Shown: positions 49,085 to 61,336, counted from the whole stretch's first letter. The stretch: 63,348 bases of DNA, filler included, from Octopus bimaculoides (GCF_001194135.2; 5 parts of 5 records of this genome joined end to end with filler, not necessarily neighbours in it), one strand, 5' to 3'. Program-made: numbers and translations. The notes: generated by a model from the letters alone, not told the origin.

Positions 49085-49460
49085 TGAACCTCAGGGTTGT
49101 TGATAAGTTTATGTGCCTCAGCAGCACATACTCCACATTAGGGCAGTTACGCAAAATAGTGTGGAAGAAGAAAGCCTCAAACTGGCCACCAAGTTGAGAG
49201 TGTACCAAGGAATTGTACTGCCTACGCCTGTTGGACTTAGACGAACGTACCATTAAATTGCTAGACCGCTATCGCATGTACTGCCCGATAAATCTGTCGA
49301 AAATCATCAGCCAAGGTCCTAGACACGGATGCCTTCTCTCGAGCAGTTATGCTAAGCATTTATACACTGCTGAGGAGAGCGCAAATCAAGAGGGCTGAGC
49401 ACATTGTTTGAATACGTGACACATCATTCCTCAAAAGACTGTTTTACGGAGAATGTTTAG
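49085..49460 (+). pseudogene. RTE (BovB-like) LINE internal fragment
   Basis: LRVVDKFMCLSST..IVWK..LATKLRVYQGIVLPT..SIYTLLRRAQIKRAEHIV..KRLFYGE, with deletions. Confidence 0.8.
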
Positions 49461-50034
49461 TTGATTCTGAGGTGTCACATCAGAAAATTGGAGATATTTA
49501 CTCCGAGGCACCCACACGCACGAACACTCACACAAACACACACACTCATGTATGTGTTTGTTTGTTTGTGCGTGTATGTGTTTTATCACGAAACCCTATA
49601 GGCAGTTACAAAAGTACAAATGATGCTACATTCATTTTTCATTTCTTAAAGGTACTGTTTTGCTTTAGGTGTCAAATTATTTCGGTGCTCTATTTGGAAA
49701 TCAGTAACTGGAAAAAAAAATTATGAATTGTATGAAAGAAGCGCGAAAAATAGTTGGCACATTATGATAGACATTAAAGTTTAAGTAATAAACTGTTTGT
49801 GTGAAATTCAGTCGCTAATTGTTTCAGATTCGATATATAGATTAAGATAAAAAAAACGTACCAGATAAGTATAGCTACAAAACACGTAGGCCCATACACA
49901 CAAGTGCACAGACACACACGCCCAGAATACAGACATACACACACACATACATGTGTACATTTATAGTCACACGTACATGCATTAATAAATATATATGTAT
50001 GTTTATATGTGCGTATATATATATGTATGTATTG

Positions 50035-50076
<42 letters not shown>

Positions 50077-51865
50077 CATGTGTGTATTCCTACATATGTA
50101 GGTATCTATGTATATGCCATAGGTAATGATGCGGATATATTCCTACATATGATGTGGATGATGATAATGACGATGTCCAAATTTTGTCATTTTACGACCT
50201 ACTCTTAGACAACAACACTAGATCTTTATGATCACCCAAACAAGAGAATGCAGGCTATTGAATGACCGTAGAAACGCCATTGTGGTCGTCTGTGCTACAC
50301 ATACAATATACTTAAGCGAGGAAACTACAGCATTGACAGCTTTTTTTTCTGATAATCTAACAACCATTACAATAGTAATTGTGTTAGAAATGACATTTGC
50401 CTATTTATTGTTTCAAGAAATAGCTGTGAGGAAATGGATTATAGGAAAGGAAATTGTCGAGTTGCCTACATTCACTTTGCGTGAAAATTATCTGAGTCAA
50501 CCTGATAAAGAATATTCTACAGATTTTACATCCGAGACACATGATCTGACAAGAACTAGAGAGCCATCATTCCCAAGGTGGAATTGCATCGCACCCATTC
50601 GCTATCTAGACTATTTACATGTCTGCGCTTCATAACTAAATATCCGATATCCTATATTGGTTTTATCCATCCTTGTATAAAGTTCTTGGTTTGTTTTTAT
50701 AGATGACAAATTAACACACCCAAGAGGCTAAGGAAGTTTATTAAGAACAATCCTCGCCTATTAATGAGGTGTCAACTTCGCCTCTGACAAACTGACAAAC
50801 GTATATATTTACACACACACAGACACACACACGCGTACACAAACAGGCAAATGCACATACACATACATATACACATGCTCATATGTTTTGTATAAAAGTA
50901 TATACATGTCAGTTTACATACACACACACATATAGTCTTGAGTGAAACGTTTTGCAATGTTCTTATTTGCTTTATTTGTCAAGTTACAACGAAAGCGGCT
51001 TTGCATTCATAGTAGAGACCATCTTGTTGCACCGTCTGAAGCCACCTTTCCACCAGTCGTTTGAGAAGCTTTGGGGAAGGAATTATAGTTTCATATACCA
51101 AAATGTTTTAAATATCAATGACATCGACTTGTTTCCAGAAAATTGACCATTTTCTGTTAGTTACCTGAACGCATAAGTACTGTCCGAGCCTGACGTATCC
51201 CCTCAGGTTTCCTCTTTTTAAAAAGTTGGTGTCTTTCTCGCAGGGAATGTGGACTATAGTACCTTCTGTGTAATAGCAGTGTGTTGTTTTTCAATTTCGA
51301 GTGCTTTACTAAATAAATGTTTCAATGTCAATAAGTAGAAATATATGATATTGAAACTACCTCGTATATCCTGGACGAGAATGATAACTTCGCGATTATT
51401 ATTCCACTGGATGATGAAGAAGACGTTTCTACACTAATGGTAATGTTTCTAAGTATTTTCTCACTAATAACAGCTATCTCTTATTTGACAGGGTATATTA
51501 ACCTACGTTTATGTTTGCAAATGCAATTCTTTTACTTCGCTTTTATTGTCACAAACCTGTTGCGTTACTTTAGTGTATCTAACCTATGAGCTACGAAGCT
51601 TTCAACCAGTTGATCAAAATATTCATTAACGGGAGATTTGATGCACTCATATTTGGAGTACTGGTTCTCACCAAAATGTTTTTACACGTCAGGGAACGGA
51701 TGAGACAGATAGGGCCAAATCGGGACAATAAGATGGGTGATTAAAAATTGCAAATCCTCAGTAACGCACAGCTATCATTGATACCATTTCAGCCCACCCT
51801 GGAAAGTATGTCTGTATCTCTTTCTCTACCTTTCTTTCTCTTTCTCTACTTCTCTCTCTCACTAG

Positions 51866-51915
<50 letters not shown>

Positions 51916-52379
51916 TATATATAAGCATATGTATAAATAACTATACAAATATATATACACATACATACACATACAAATATCCATATAAAAATGTGTGTGC
52001 ATGTGTGTGTGTGCGTGCGTGTGCGTGTGTATGCGTTTGGGTGTTGTCTGGGGTTAATTATAAAATGCTACCTCTTGATATTTTAAATTTAAGTAAATGT
52101 TAATATCATTAATTTTTCCATTCTCACTTTTTGTGAAGATTATTTTAACATAATGAAATCGACTTTGACTATATTTGCTTGATATAGAGATCGAAGACCA
52201 ACAGTAAGGAGATAACGTTGCATGCAATTATACGCATCTATTAATTTCTCAGTACCCATGTATGTTTGTAAATCAGGGAAGAAAATATGGGAAGATCTGA
52301 CAGTTGTTGAATATATTCCATAAACGACACCTTTGTTTACTCTTTAGCATTATAGAGAGAAAGAAACATACGGATGAGA

Positions 52380-52600
52380 TGTGAAGAGCTAACATGGAAT
52401 ATTAAGTGACAGATATGGTTTACTGGCCATACGCTTCGATTACTACCGGAGAGGCATTCTACCATAGCAATGTAGTGGAGACCAGAAGAAACAAAAAAGA
52501 CTAAGAAAATACTAAGGAAGATGTAACACAGTAACATTCTGGACGACATCATAACGATAAGCCTTAGCCCGTGTGGAGCTTAGAGAAAGGCGAGATATCG
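52380..52600 (+). pseudogene. RTE-like LINE 3' coding remnant
   Basis: FTGHTLRLLPERHSTIAM*WRPE (cf. FAGHILRLPxxRxAKxAMxWxP). Confidence 0.55.
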
Positions 52601-52671
52601 TGGTGTTTAAGGTAGATTCGTTGCCCGTTGCGTTTTGACAGCGCTGCAAGATCTAATATGTAAGATATGTA

Positions 52672-52704
<33 letters not shown>

Positions 52705-52855
52705 TCATGTATACACACACACACACATATATATATTCAAAACGTGACAAATAAGAATGAAGCACCATACACGCACAAAGTTCAATTCCATAAGATCTTT
52801 TTTTCCGACGAGTGGTTTGCAGATACTAATTAAAATTCTTAAGTCCTGTCAAGTA

Positions 52856-52905
<50 letters not shown>

Positions 52906-52906
52906 C

Positions 52907-52947
<41 letters not shown>

Positions 52948-53585
52948 NNNNNNNNNNNNNNNNNNNNNNNNNNNNNNNNNNNNNNNNNNNNNNNNNNNNN
53001 NNNNNNNNNNNNNNNNNNNNNNNNNNNNNNNNNNNNNNNNNNNNNNNNNNNNNNNNNNNNNNNNNNNNNNNNNNNNNNNNNNNNNNNNNNNNNNNNNNNN
53101 NNNNNNNNNNNNNNNNNNNNNNNNNNNNNNNNNNNNNNNNNNNNNNNNNNNNNNNNNNNNNNNNNNNNNNNNNNNNNNNNNNNNNNNNNNNNNNNNNNNN
53201 NNNNNNNNNNNNNNNNNNNNNNNNNNNNNNNNNNNNNNNNNNNNNNNNNNNNNNNNNNNNNNNNNNNNNNNNNNNNNNNNNNNNNNNNNNNNNNNNNNNN
53301 NNNNNNNNNNNNNNNNNNNNNNNNNNNNNNNNNNNNNNNNNNNNNNNNNNNNNNNNNNNNNNNNNNNNNNNNNNNNNNNNNNNNNNNNNNNNNNNNNNNN
53401 NNNNNNNNNNNNNNNNNNNNNNNNNNNNNNNNNNNNNNNNNNNNNNNNNNNNNNNNNNNNNNNNNNNNNNNNNNNNNNNNNNNNNNNNNNNNNNNNNNNN
53501 NNNNNNNNNNNNNNNNNNNNNNNNNNNNNNNNNNNNNNNNNNNNNNNNNNNNNNNNNNNNNNNNNNNNNNNNNNNNNNNNNNNNN

Positions 53586-53622
<37 letters not shown>

Positions 53623-53879
53623 GAAACGATTAATTCGGAAGACGCACGTAACTAGACGCATGCATCAGCGCAACAATTGTTTCGTCTTCATACTTCACTT
53701 CTCACTGTTAGGCCTTGAAAGATGTAACAACACTGGATGCAACACATAGTACAAAAGAGCCCCCTCGAGTGACATAAAATGCTCAACGGGTTTCAAAACT
53801 TACATTTTGCTGCAATCTATATGACTGTGGTAGATAATCTAGCATATCAGGTCCATTTGTTATATATACGTATGTGTAT

Positions 53880-54269
53880 GAGTGTACCCGCTATTTCCAC
53901 AACAGTGGCGCCAACACCAATAGACACCTCTGGCAACACGCGACCACGCAGATACATCGGCTGTAGCGAGATCTCGTTCAAACAACGCCTCTCCAATCAG
54001 AGATCTTAATTTAGGTACCAGAAAGAAGATTCGTCATGTCATTAGCCAGCCATGTATGGCGGCTAATACATAATGGGTTTGCATACACAATATTGAGAAT
54101 CCTAGAAAATCCTGAACCCTATATTAACGGGACAAACCACTGTAAATTGTGCATAGCGAAACGGGTGAGGATCCTAAAGCACACCATCAACCTAGAAAAT
54201 ATCCTGAACATCAGAGCGGAGGTTTTCGGACTGTGCTTGCATTTCAGGAAATACCAGCTAGTCTATTGA
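53880..54269 (+). pseudogene. PLE GIY-YIG endonuclease of a second family (Cys-rich tail; Naiad/Neptune-like, clade uncertain)
   Basis: RYIGCSEISFKQRLSNQRS*..SLASHVWRL..PYINGTNHCKLCIAKRVRIL..LNIRAEVFGLCLHFRKYQL. Confidence 0.85.
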
Positions 54270-54452
54270 AGCACACAAGATAGCAATGCCACTGGCGATT
54301 GATAGCCAAAAAGACACAACCCTTATTGTTGACATCGGTGATTGATAGCCAAGAGGAAACAATCATCTCTGTTGACATTGAGTAAATAGCTCATTTCCTT
54401 CTCCATATTCTAGAGAGGGCACTCGCTGGAAAGGCTTTTAGACAACAGCTTT

Positions 54453-54513
54453 GTGATCTGATGATACGCCATAAAGCCGAGCCCTTTATTGACGTGTAAC
54501 CTATGGTAATCTC
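54453..54513 (+). ncRNA. Hammerhead motif in that PLE's 3' terminal region, one core substitution
   Basis: GTGAT | CTGATGA | T ACGCCATAAAG ccgagcc CTTTATTGACGT | GTAA (GAAA expected) | CCTATGG | TA | ATCTC. Confidence 0.55.
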
Positions 54514-54576
54514 TTTAATATATACTACTCTATAGCTTACAGTGTACTTCCTTCCTCGGATTTACGTTTACGAACG

Positions 54577-54618
<42 letters not shown>

Positions 54619-55925
54619 GTATATATANNNNNNNNNNNNNNNNNNNNNNNNNNNNNNNNNNNNNNNNNNNNNNNNNNNNNNNNNNNNNNNNNNNNNNNNN
54701 NNNNNNNNNNNNNNNNNNNNNNNNNNNNNNNNNNNNNNNNNNNNNNNNNNNNNNNNNNNNNNNNNNNNNNNNNNNNNNNNNNNNNNNNNNNNNNNNNNNN
54801 NNNNNNNNNNNNNNNNNNNNNNNNNNNNNNNNNNNNNNNNNNNNNNNNNNNNNNNNNNNNNNNNNNNNNNNNNNNNNNNNNNNNNNNNNNNNNNNNNNNN
54901 NNNNNNNNNNNNNNNNNNNNNNNNNNNNNNNNNNNNNNNNNNNNNNNNNNNNNNNNNNNNNNNNNNNNNNNNNNNNNNNNNNNNNNNNNNNNNNNNNNNN
55001 NNNNNNNNNNNNNNNNNNNNNNNNNNNNNNNNNNNNNNNNNNNNNNNNNNNNNNNNNNNNNNNNNNNNNNNNNNNNNNNNNNNNNNNNNNNNNNNNNNNN
55101 NNNNNNNNNNNNNNNNNNNNNNNNNNNNNNNNNNNNNNNNNNNNNNNNNNNNTACGCTCTTCAACAGAAAGAATACGGAGACAAGGAGAAAAACACGGAG
55201 AAAAAAAATTGAATAGTGTCCAGTCAACGGTCAATCATAATAATGGCTGATCATAACAATGGCTGACCTGAAGTTAGAAATTCTTTTTTCAGGAGAGCTA
55301 AGAAATGTGGGAGATAACAAAGGGTGATCGAAGAACGAGGGGCTGTGTGTGGGAGATAGAATGCTGGTTGGTGGTGGGTGTAAGGACGTGGATGGGGTGG
55401 AGTGGGAAGGTAGAGTAGGAGTGTGTTGGGGTGTGGTGGGATGAGATTATGCGGGGGTGTTGACGATGAAGGGGGAAGGGGAAGGTGGATGTAAGAGAGG
55501 GGGAAGAGGGGGAAGATGGGTATGGAAGGGGAGAGAAAGAGAGGAGAGAGGGTGGGTATAAGAGAGGGAAGGTGGATTGAGGGNNNNNNNNNNNNNNNNN
55601 NNNNNNNNNNNNNNNNNNNNNNNNNNNNNNNNNNNNNNNNNNNNNNNNNNNNNNNNNNNNNNNNNNNNNNNNNNNNNNNNNNNNNNNNNNNNNNNNNNNN
55701 NNNNNNNNNNNNNNNNNNNNNNNNNNNNNNNNNNNNNNNNNNNNNNNNNNNNNNNNNNNNNNNNNNNNNNNNNNNNNNNNNNNNNNNNNNNNNNNNNNNN
55801 NNNNNNNNNNNNNNNNNNNNNNNNNNNNNNNNNNNNNNNNNNNNNNNNNNNNNNNNNNNNNNNNNNNNNNNNNNNNNNNNNNNNNNNNNNNNNNNNNNNN
55901 NNNNNNNNNNNNNNNNNNNNNNNNN

Positions 55926-56370
55926 TGAGAGAGAAGAGAGTGAGAGAGAAGAGAGTGAGAGAGAAGAGAGTGAGAGAGAAGAGAGTGAGAGAGAAGAGAG
56001 TGAGAGAGAAGAGAGTGAGAGAGAAGAGAGTGAGAGAGAAGAGAGTGGGAGAGAGGGAAAAGGGGTATGGGGGAGACAAAGAGAGAAAGAGAAAGAGAGT
56101 GAGCGAGAGGGAAAGAGAGAAGAGAGTGAGAGAGTAAGGGTGAGAGAGTAAGAGAGTAAGAATGTAGAGAGTAAGAGTGAGAGAGTGAGAGAGAGGGAAA
56201 GAGAGAAGAGGGTGAGAGAGTAAAGGTGAGAGAGTAAGAGAGTAAGAGTGTAGAGAGTAAGAGAGAGAGGGGGAGTACGAGAGAAGAGAGTGAGAGAGAG
56301 TAAGAGAGAGGAGAGAATAAGAGAGAGGAGAGAAAGAGTAGGGGTGAAGAGAAGTGGGAGTGATGATAAG
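55926..56370. repeat. Polypurine minisatellite, 15-bp unit TGAGAGAGAAGAGAG and variants
   Basis: About eight near-perfect units at 55926-56045, then degenerate; yields the EREES/REKRV ORFs. Confidence 0.92.
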
Positions 56371-56374
56371 TAGG

Positions 56375-56474
56375 NNNNNNNNNNNNNNNNNNNNNNNNNN
56401 NNNNNNNNNNNNNNNNNNTTAATTAATTAANNNNNNNNNNNNNNNNNNNNNNNNNNNNNNNNNNNNNNNNNNNN
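56375..56474. other. Synthetic scaffold-join spacer 44N-TTAATTAATTAA-44N
   Basis: Same 100-nt format. Confidence 0.9.
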
Positions 56475-57436
56475 TATATTAGCACTTTCGTTCGTCTTTC
56501 GAAATTGTCAAATATAACTGTGAAAATACAGAGATCTAGCTTATTTATATAAAAACAGGTGTTTTGGGGGGTTTTGTTTATAACAGAACATTGTTTTGTT
56601 TTTTTGTTTTTTGGGGGTGAGGCTTTGGAGACAATGGAAGATGTATAAGCAAATAGATAGATAGATAGGCAGATAGAGAGATAGATAGATAGACTGATAG
56701 TCAGACAGATAGAGAGATGGATGTGGTAAAAGAGAGAGAGAAGGGCCATTGTATTGAATTCAATACAATGGAATCGGGAAAGCTATTTTTGTTGTTGTAG
56801 TATAGTGCAGTTGTGCTATGACATACTCCAGCCAATCAGGGCTGGGCATATATTAATATTAAAAGCAGTCATCTGCCCCATAGGTAAGCATGTGTTGTTT
56901 AATAGTCAGTGGAAGAATACGAGATGAGCAACAGCAATTCTCCAAAGATGGGACCTGCCTTCTGGTTTTCCTCACCAACCTAGTGCCACAAAACTCTGAA
57001 TCATATCTAGCTCTCACTGCTGACCACATCATGGATATCCTATTTTGTTTCCGTCAACTTTGCCTTGCAAGCACCATTTCTCGTTAGTCTATATGAACAT
57101 AACTCTACCTATATCATGAGTGGTTTATTTCCATCTAAGCTAGCTTCATCTCTACTAGCTTTTAACGGCTTACAACTGAAGCCATTCTTCAATCCTAAGT
57201 TTAAATGCTTTTCTCTGATTCCTACATATATGCCCTCTTGGCTCATCACTTGTCAGCTCTCATTACTATTCTAATAAATTAAGTTATTTGTTTAAAAACT
57301 GTCTTCTGATATTCCATTACACATGCTTCTCAAAAGCACATTTACTGAACTTTTCCACGAACACTTTCATACTTTAAATTAGTGACCACTCTCATTACAT
57401 TAGTGACTTTCTACATTGCTTACATTTTACACTGGT

Positions 57437-58241
57437 GACTCACTACAAACCCTTCTCGGTCCAACCAAAGGCAGATCATTGTCTTGTATGGATGCAGCTC
57501 TGCATTGGATTGAAGTATCACTTGCCCTTTCAGGACCAGCCATTCTTTCCTCTGCCTCATATTGATGCAGAGAAGCCTTTTTATTTTTTTTTTATTGTTA
57601 GTGACAATGCAGTACAGAAATTTCTGTTTGTACTGAGCAAGCAATCTGCTGAGAATAAAGGAATGCTGAATTTGTTTCTTTTGTTCAAAGAATGTGATAC
57701 CCAAGCACCATTTTTTACTCAATGAGGGAAGGTGATGGCTAGTGGTATCATAAGAGCAGCTCATCTGCTGGGCTAATTCCATTGTGGATTGGCATGGATC
57801 CTTAGGGATGAGCTTATTCAATCAACCCTCCTTGAACTGAACAGGTTTCTTGGAATGGAGAAAGTCTGTGAGATCAAATTACCTCTCTATGAAGCATGGA
57901 AACCATTCCTATGCAGTTCTTCAGTAATAGTACCTTCCTCAATACATAGCGCAAATGTCTCGTGCAACTTTGGCAGTTTTTCGAATCTTCATTAAATGCA
58001 AAGAGTAGCAGGTGCTGAGAATGCATATTTTTCTTTTTACTTGGCACTCCATCATTGTATGCTTGAATAGAAGAAAAAATTATTTAAGTTTAAAAAATGA
58101 CAAACAAAAATTGTAGAAGAAAAATAGAGCAGTAAAAAGAAAAAATGAATTAAAAAATATATAAATCACTATGATAAAAATATTTTTTGCTTTAATTCAA
58201 AAAGCATTGGAAAGAAAGAAAGGAATTTATCTGACAACCCA
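57437..58241 (-). mobile_element. Mariner element, 5' TIR plus 5' half of a decayed transposase
   Basis: TA|TTGGGTTGTCAGATAAATTCC end at 58241; ATG at 58052 (MECQV..); ARDICAMY; LNKLIPKDPCQSTMELAQQMSCS; KFLYCIVT..INMRQRKEWL..ELHPYKTMICLWLDREG (Mos1/Hsmar-like). Confidence 0.88.
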
Positions 58242-58507
58242 ATATATTCAGAAAAAGAATGTTTATATTTGTCTATTACAAGTATCGTTTGTTAAAATAT
58301 ATAGATATCTACTGTAGACAGAAATGCATCTGGTGTTCTTGCTTGCCACAGTTGGGAGGAATTTTCATCTCTCTCTGATAGTTATTGTGTCCATAATAGA
58401 TGTTATCTTGGAACAAATACCACAGTAACTGGCTTATCAAGAGTCTATGTACATTAAATATGATACATAAATGTTTATTTCAAATAAACATTGCCTCAGT
58501 TGTGTAT

Positions 58508-58539
<32 letters not shown>

Positions 58540-59309
58540 NNNNNNNNNNNNNNNNNNNNNNNNNNNNNNNNNNNNNNNNNNNNNNNNNNNNNNNNNNNNN
58601 NNNNNNNNNNNNNNNNNNNNNNNNNNNNNNNNNNNNNNNNNNNNNNNNNNNNNNNNNNNNNNNNNNNNNNNNNNNNNNNNNNNNNNNNNNNNNNNNNNNN
58701 NATATATGAGACAAAGTGTACGTATGCTGCTATATATACATATAAATAATGCAAAATGGGACAAGAACGCAAAACATCCAGACAGTTAGGTGATACAAGG
58801 GACAACAAAACATCCAGATAGACGATACAAGGAAACAAGGACAGGTCATTCGGAGTTTTCTTTCATTAGTCGAGATCCAGATTATCTTTGCAATTTTGGC
58901 TGGTTATACTCGATATTGCTCCAATCTGGCCAGCCCCAAGGAAAAACTAAGCTAAGAGCATTAGATTCCTTGGAAGAAACCATGTTACACAAATTCAATA
59001 AAAATATTAACAGGACATAACAACAGGTGTCTTTCGACTAAGGATGAATTAAATCAAACTGGCATGTGTGGAAATAAAGCCTTACGGCAGGGATACAAGA
59101 TTTCACAGGCACAGGAAGGAATATTGATGTTGCACGCACAACGGCCGGCCAAGAAAGAAAGATCAGTCTTGGCCAAACACCGGTCATGTGGGAAGAGAAG
59201 AGAGAGAGGTAGAGGCAGAGAGACAAAAGAATTAAGGAGGGGCGAGAAAAAATGACAGGGACACAGTGAAGTGAAAAGTGGAGGGAAAGTGAGCAAGAAG
59301 AAAATGTGA

Positions 59310-59745
59310 AAATGATAATTTCACAGAACACCTATTAAATATTTTCCTGTATCTGTGAGTGGCTGGAAAGTGATTGTCTTAGGAGTGACAGGCATCTTTT
59401 ACCAGTTTTTTTTATTAAGGGAAAAGGGAGGAGTGAACCAAATAATTTTCCTTGGCCTATTTTTAGGTTTCTTATTATCCTGATTAATACTAGAGTGTTA
59501 TGTACTACTTTATCTTTGATGCCACTAGATTTATTATTAATATTTTGATTATTATTAGAGGGATTATGTATTAATTTATCTTTGAAGTCACTGTTGGCTA
59601 GGGCCATGTTATAGCAGGGGGCAGCTTTCTTGAAAATTTCTTTGGAAGAAGAGAGGTTACTAATATTAGCTGTCAGGTTTCTAAATATTATAGGAGGATG
59701 ACAAAACTGTTTATGTATATTTGTGAGTTTCTCATTAGCCTTATA
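59310..59745 (-). pseudogene. PLE RT thumb/linker fragment (probably the same family type as the 53.9-kb endonuclease)
   Basis: IHKQFCHPPIIFRNL..SSSKEIFKKAAPCYNMALANSDF..KNRPRKIIWFTPPFS..KIFNRCSVKLSFS. Confidence 0.8.
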
Positions 59746-59756
59746 GAAAGGTTTAT

Positions 59757-60085
59757 ATGAGCATCCAGCAAATAGCTAACTCCATCCACCAGAGTATTAA
59801 AGTTACGCTAGACTACCCTACTAAACACCCTAACCATAGATTACCTGTATTAGATACTGAACTCTGGCTAGAAACTAAGAACAATAAAACCAGAATCCTC
59901 CATTCACACTATACAAAACCTATGGCCTCCAAATACCTGATCCACCGGAACTCGGCTATTGCGGACAATGCCAAATTCAACATATTGATGGCAGACCTCG
60001 TCAGAGTAATGCGAAATGTCTCCTGCATGTGCGACCCTACAGAATTAAAGAGACATATACAACATTTCGTCCACCGCATGCAGTT
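59757..60085 (+). pseudogene. PLE RT C-terminal/thumb fragment of a further family, cut by the scaffold join
   Basis: IANSIHQSIKVTLDYPTKHPNHRLPVLDTELWL..HYTKPMASKYLIHRNSAI..VRVMRNVS..HFVHRMQ; open up to the gap. Confidence 0.8.
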
Positions 60086-60185
60086 NNNNNNNNNNNNNNN
60101 NNNNNNNNNNNNNNNNNNNNNNNNNNNNNTTAATTAATTAANNNNNNNNNNNNNNNNNNNNNNNNNNNNNNNNNNNNNNNNNNNN
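60086..60185. other. Synthetic scaffold-join spacer 44N-TTAATTAATTAA-44N
   Basis: Same 100-nt format. Confidence 0.9.
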
Positions 60186-60349
60186 CTTTCAAGTTTTATT
60201 TTCTGCAACTATATAACAAGATATAACGTCTCTTTGGTTAAAATGATAGACTACTGATCACAAGATCATACGTTCAAACCCTACTACTGCAGCCATTGTG
60301 TTACACACCTGAGCTGTCCAAATAATCCTGATTGCTCCAATTTACTTGA

Positions 60350-60632
60350 CTCTTTTACTCTTTTACTTGTTTCAGTCTTTTGACTGTGGCCATGCTGGAG
60401 CACCGCCTTTTAGTCGAGCAAATCGACCCTAGGACTTATTCTTTAGAAGCCTAGTACTTATTCTATCGGTCTCTTTTGCCGAACCGCTAGGTTACGGGGA
60501 CATAAACACACCAGCATCGGTTGTCAAGCGATGTTGGAGGAACAAACACACACATACAAACATACACACACACATACATATATATATATACATATATACG
60601 ACGGCCTTCTTTCAGTTTCCGTCTACCAAATC
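60350..60632 (-). mobile_element. SINE-B young copy (5' end lost in gap)
   Basis: ctcttttactcttttacttgtttcagtc...gccgaaccgct...tacgacggccttctttcagtttccgtctaccaaatc. Confidence 0.9.
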
Positions 60633-61244
60633 NNNNNNNNNNNNNNNNNNNNNNNNNNNNNNNNNNNNNNNNNNNNNNNNNNNNNNNNNNNNNNNNNNNN
60701 NNNNNNNNNNNNNNNNNNNNNNNNNNNNNNNNNNNNNNNNNNNNNNNNNNNNNNNNNNNNNNNNNNNNNNNNNNNNNNNNNNNNNNNNNNNNNNNNNNNN
60801 NNNNNNNNNNNNNNNNNNNNNNNNNNNNNNNNNNNNNNNNNNNNNNNNNNNNNNNNNNNNNNNNNNNNNNNNNNNNNNNNNNNNNNNNNNNNNNNNNNNN
60901 NNNNNNNNNNNNNNNNNNNNNNNNNNNNNNNNNNNNNNNNNNNNNNNNNNNNNNNNNNNNNNNNNNNNNNNNNNNCGCCTGTAAAAAAATAAAAAATAAA
61001 AATCAAAAAAAAAAAAAATGTTCCACTTCTATTTCGCTGTAGAGTATCCGGCAATTAAAAAGCTATATAGCTATAAAAACTGATACCCAGTCAAAAAGCA
61101 TCTTAGTAAGAAACACATAATAAATTGAATACAAAAGCATTATAAATATAAACGTGTAAAAGAAAGGCATATAGATGATTCCCTTATGTTATTTTTCTCT
61201 CCCAAATCAGAAACATCCAGAGATTGGTAATTAGCTATTCTAAC

Positions 61245-61336
61245 TTCAGGTAAAGGTATAATCGTTGTTTTTGGGTGAAACATTGTGAAATTGTTTCTCT
61301 TCTCAGCTTTCTTCAGATCCATGGGAGCAATGTAAT
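61245..61336 (-). CDS. Possible 92-nt host coding exon
   Basis: ctgttag|(G)AT TAC ATT..GAA|gttaga gives DYIAPMDLKKAEKRNNFTMFHPKTTIIPLPE; splice sites weak, no homology recognised. Confidence 0.25.

Noticed and set aside
50496-50550. GTCAAC-CTGATAA...GAGA-CACATGA-TC-TGAC
   Set aside because: Two core mutations and poor stems; too degenerate to count.
50228-50635. 135-aa ORF in non-repeat sequence
   Set aside because: No domain or codon signal; its length is plausible by chance.
55340-55582. G-rich tract with G-quadruplex potential
   Set aside because: Part of low-complexity purine-rich repeat next to a gap; nothing specific supports a function.
56820-56890. CAGCCAATCAG, TATA-like stretch and an ag|gtaagc donor
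   Set aside because: Spacing leaves no room for an exon between the predicted start and the donor.
137-60992. Long ORFs of VC/YI/SL/TH/X repeats in the ORF track
   Set aside because: They are translations of microsatellites and N-gaps, not genes.
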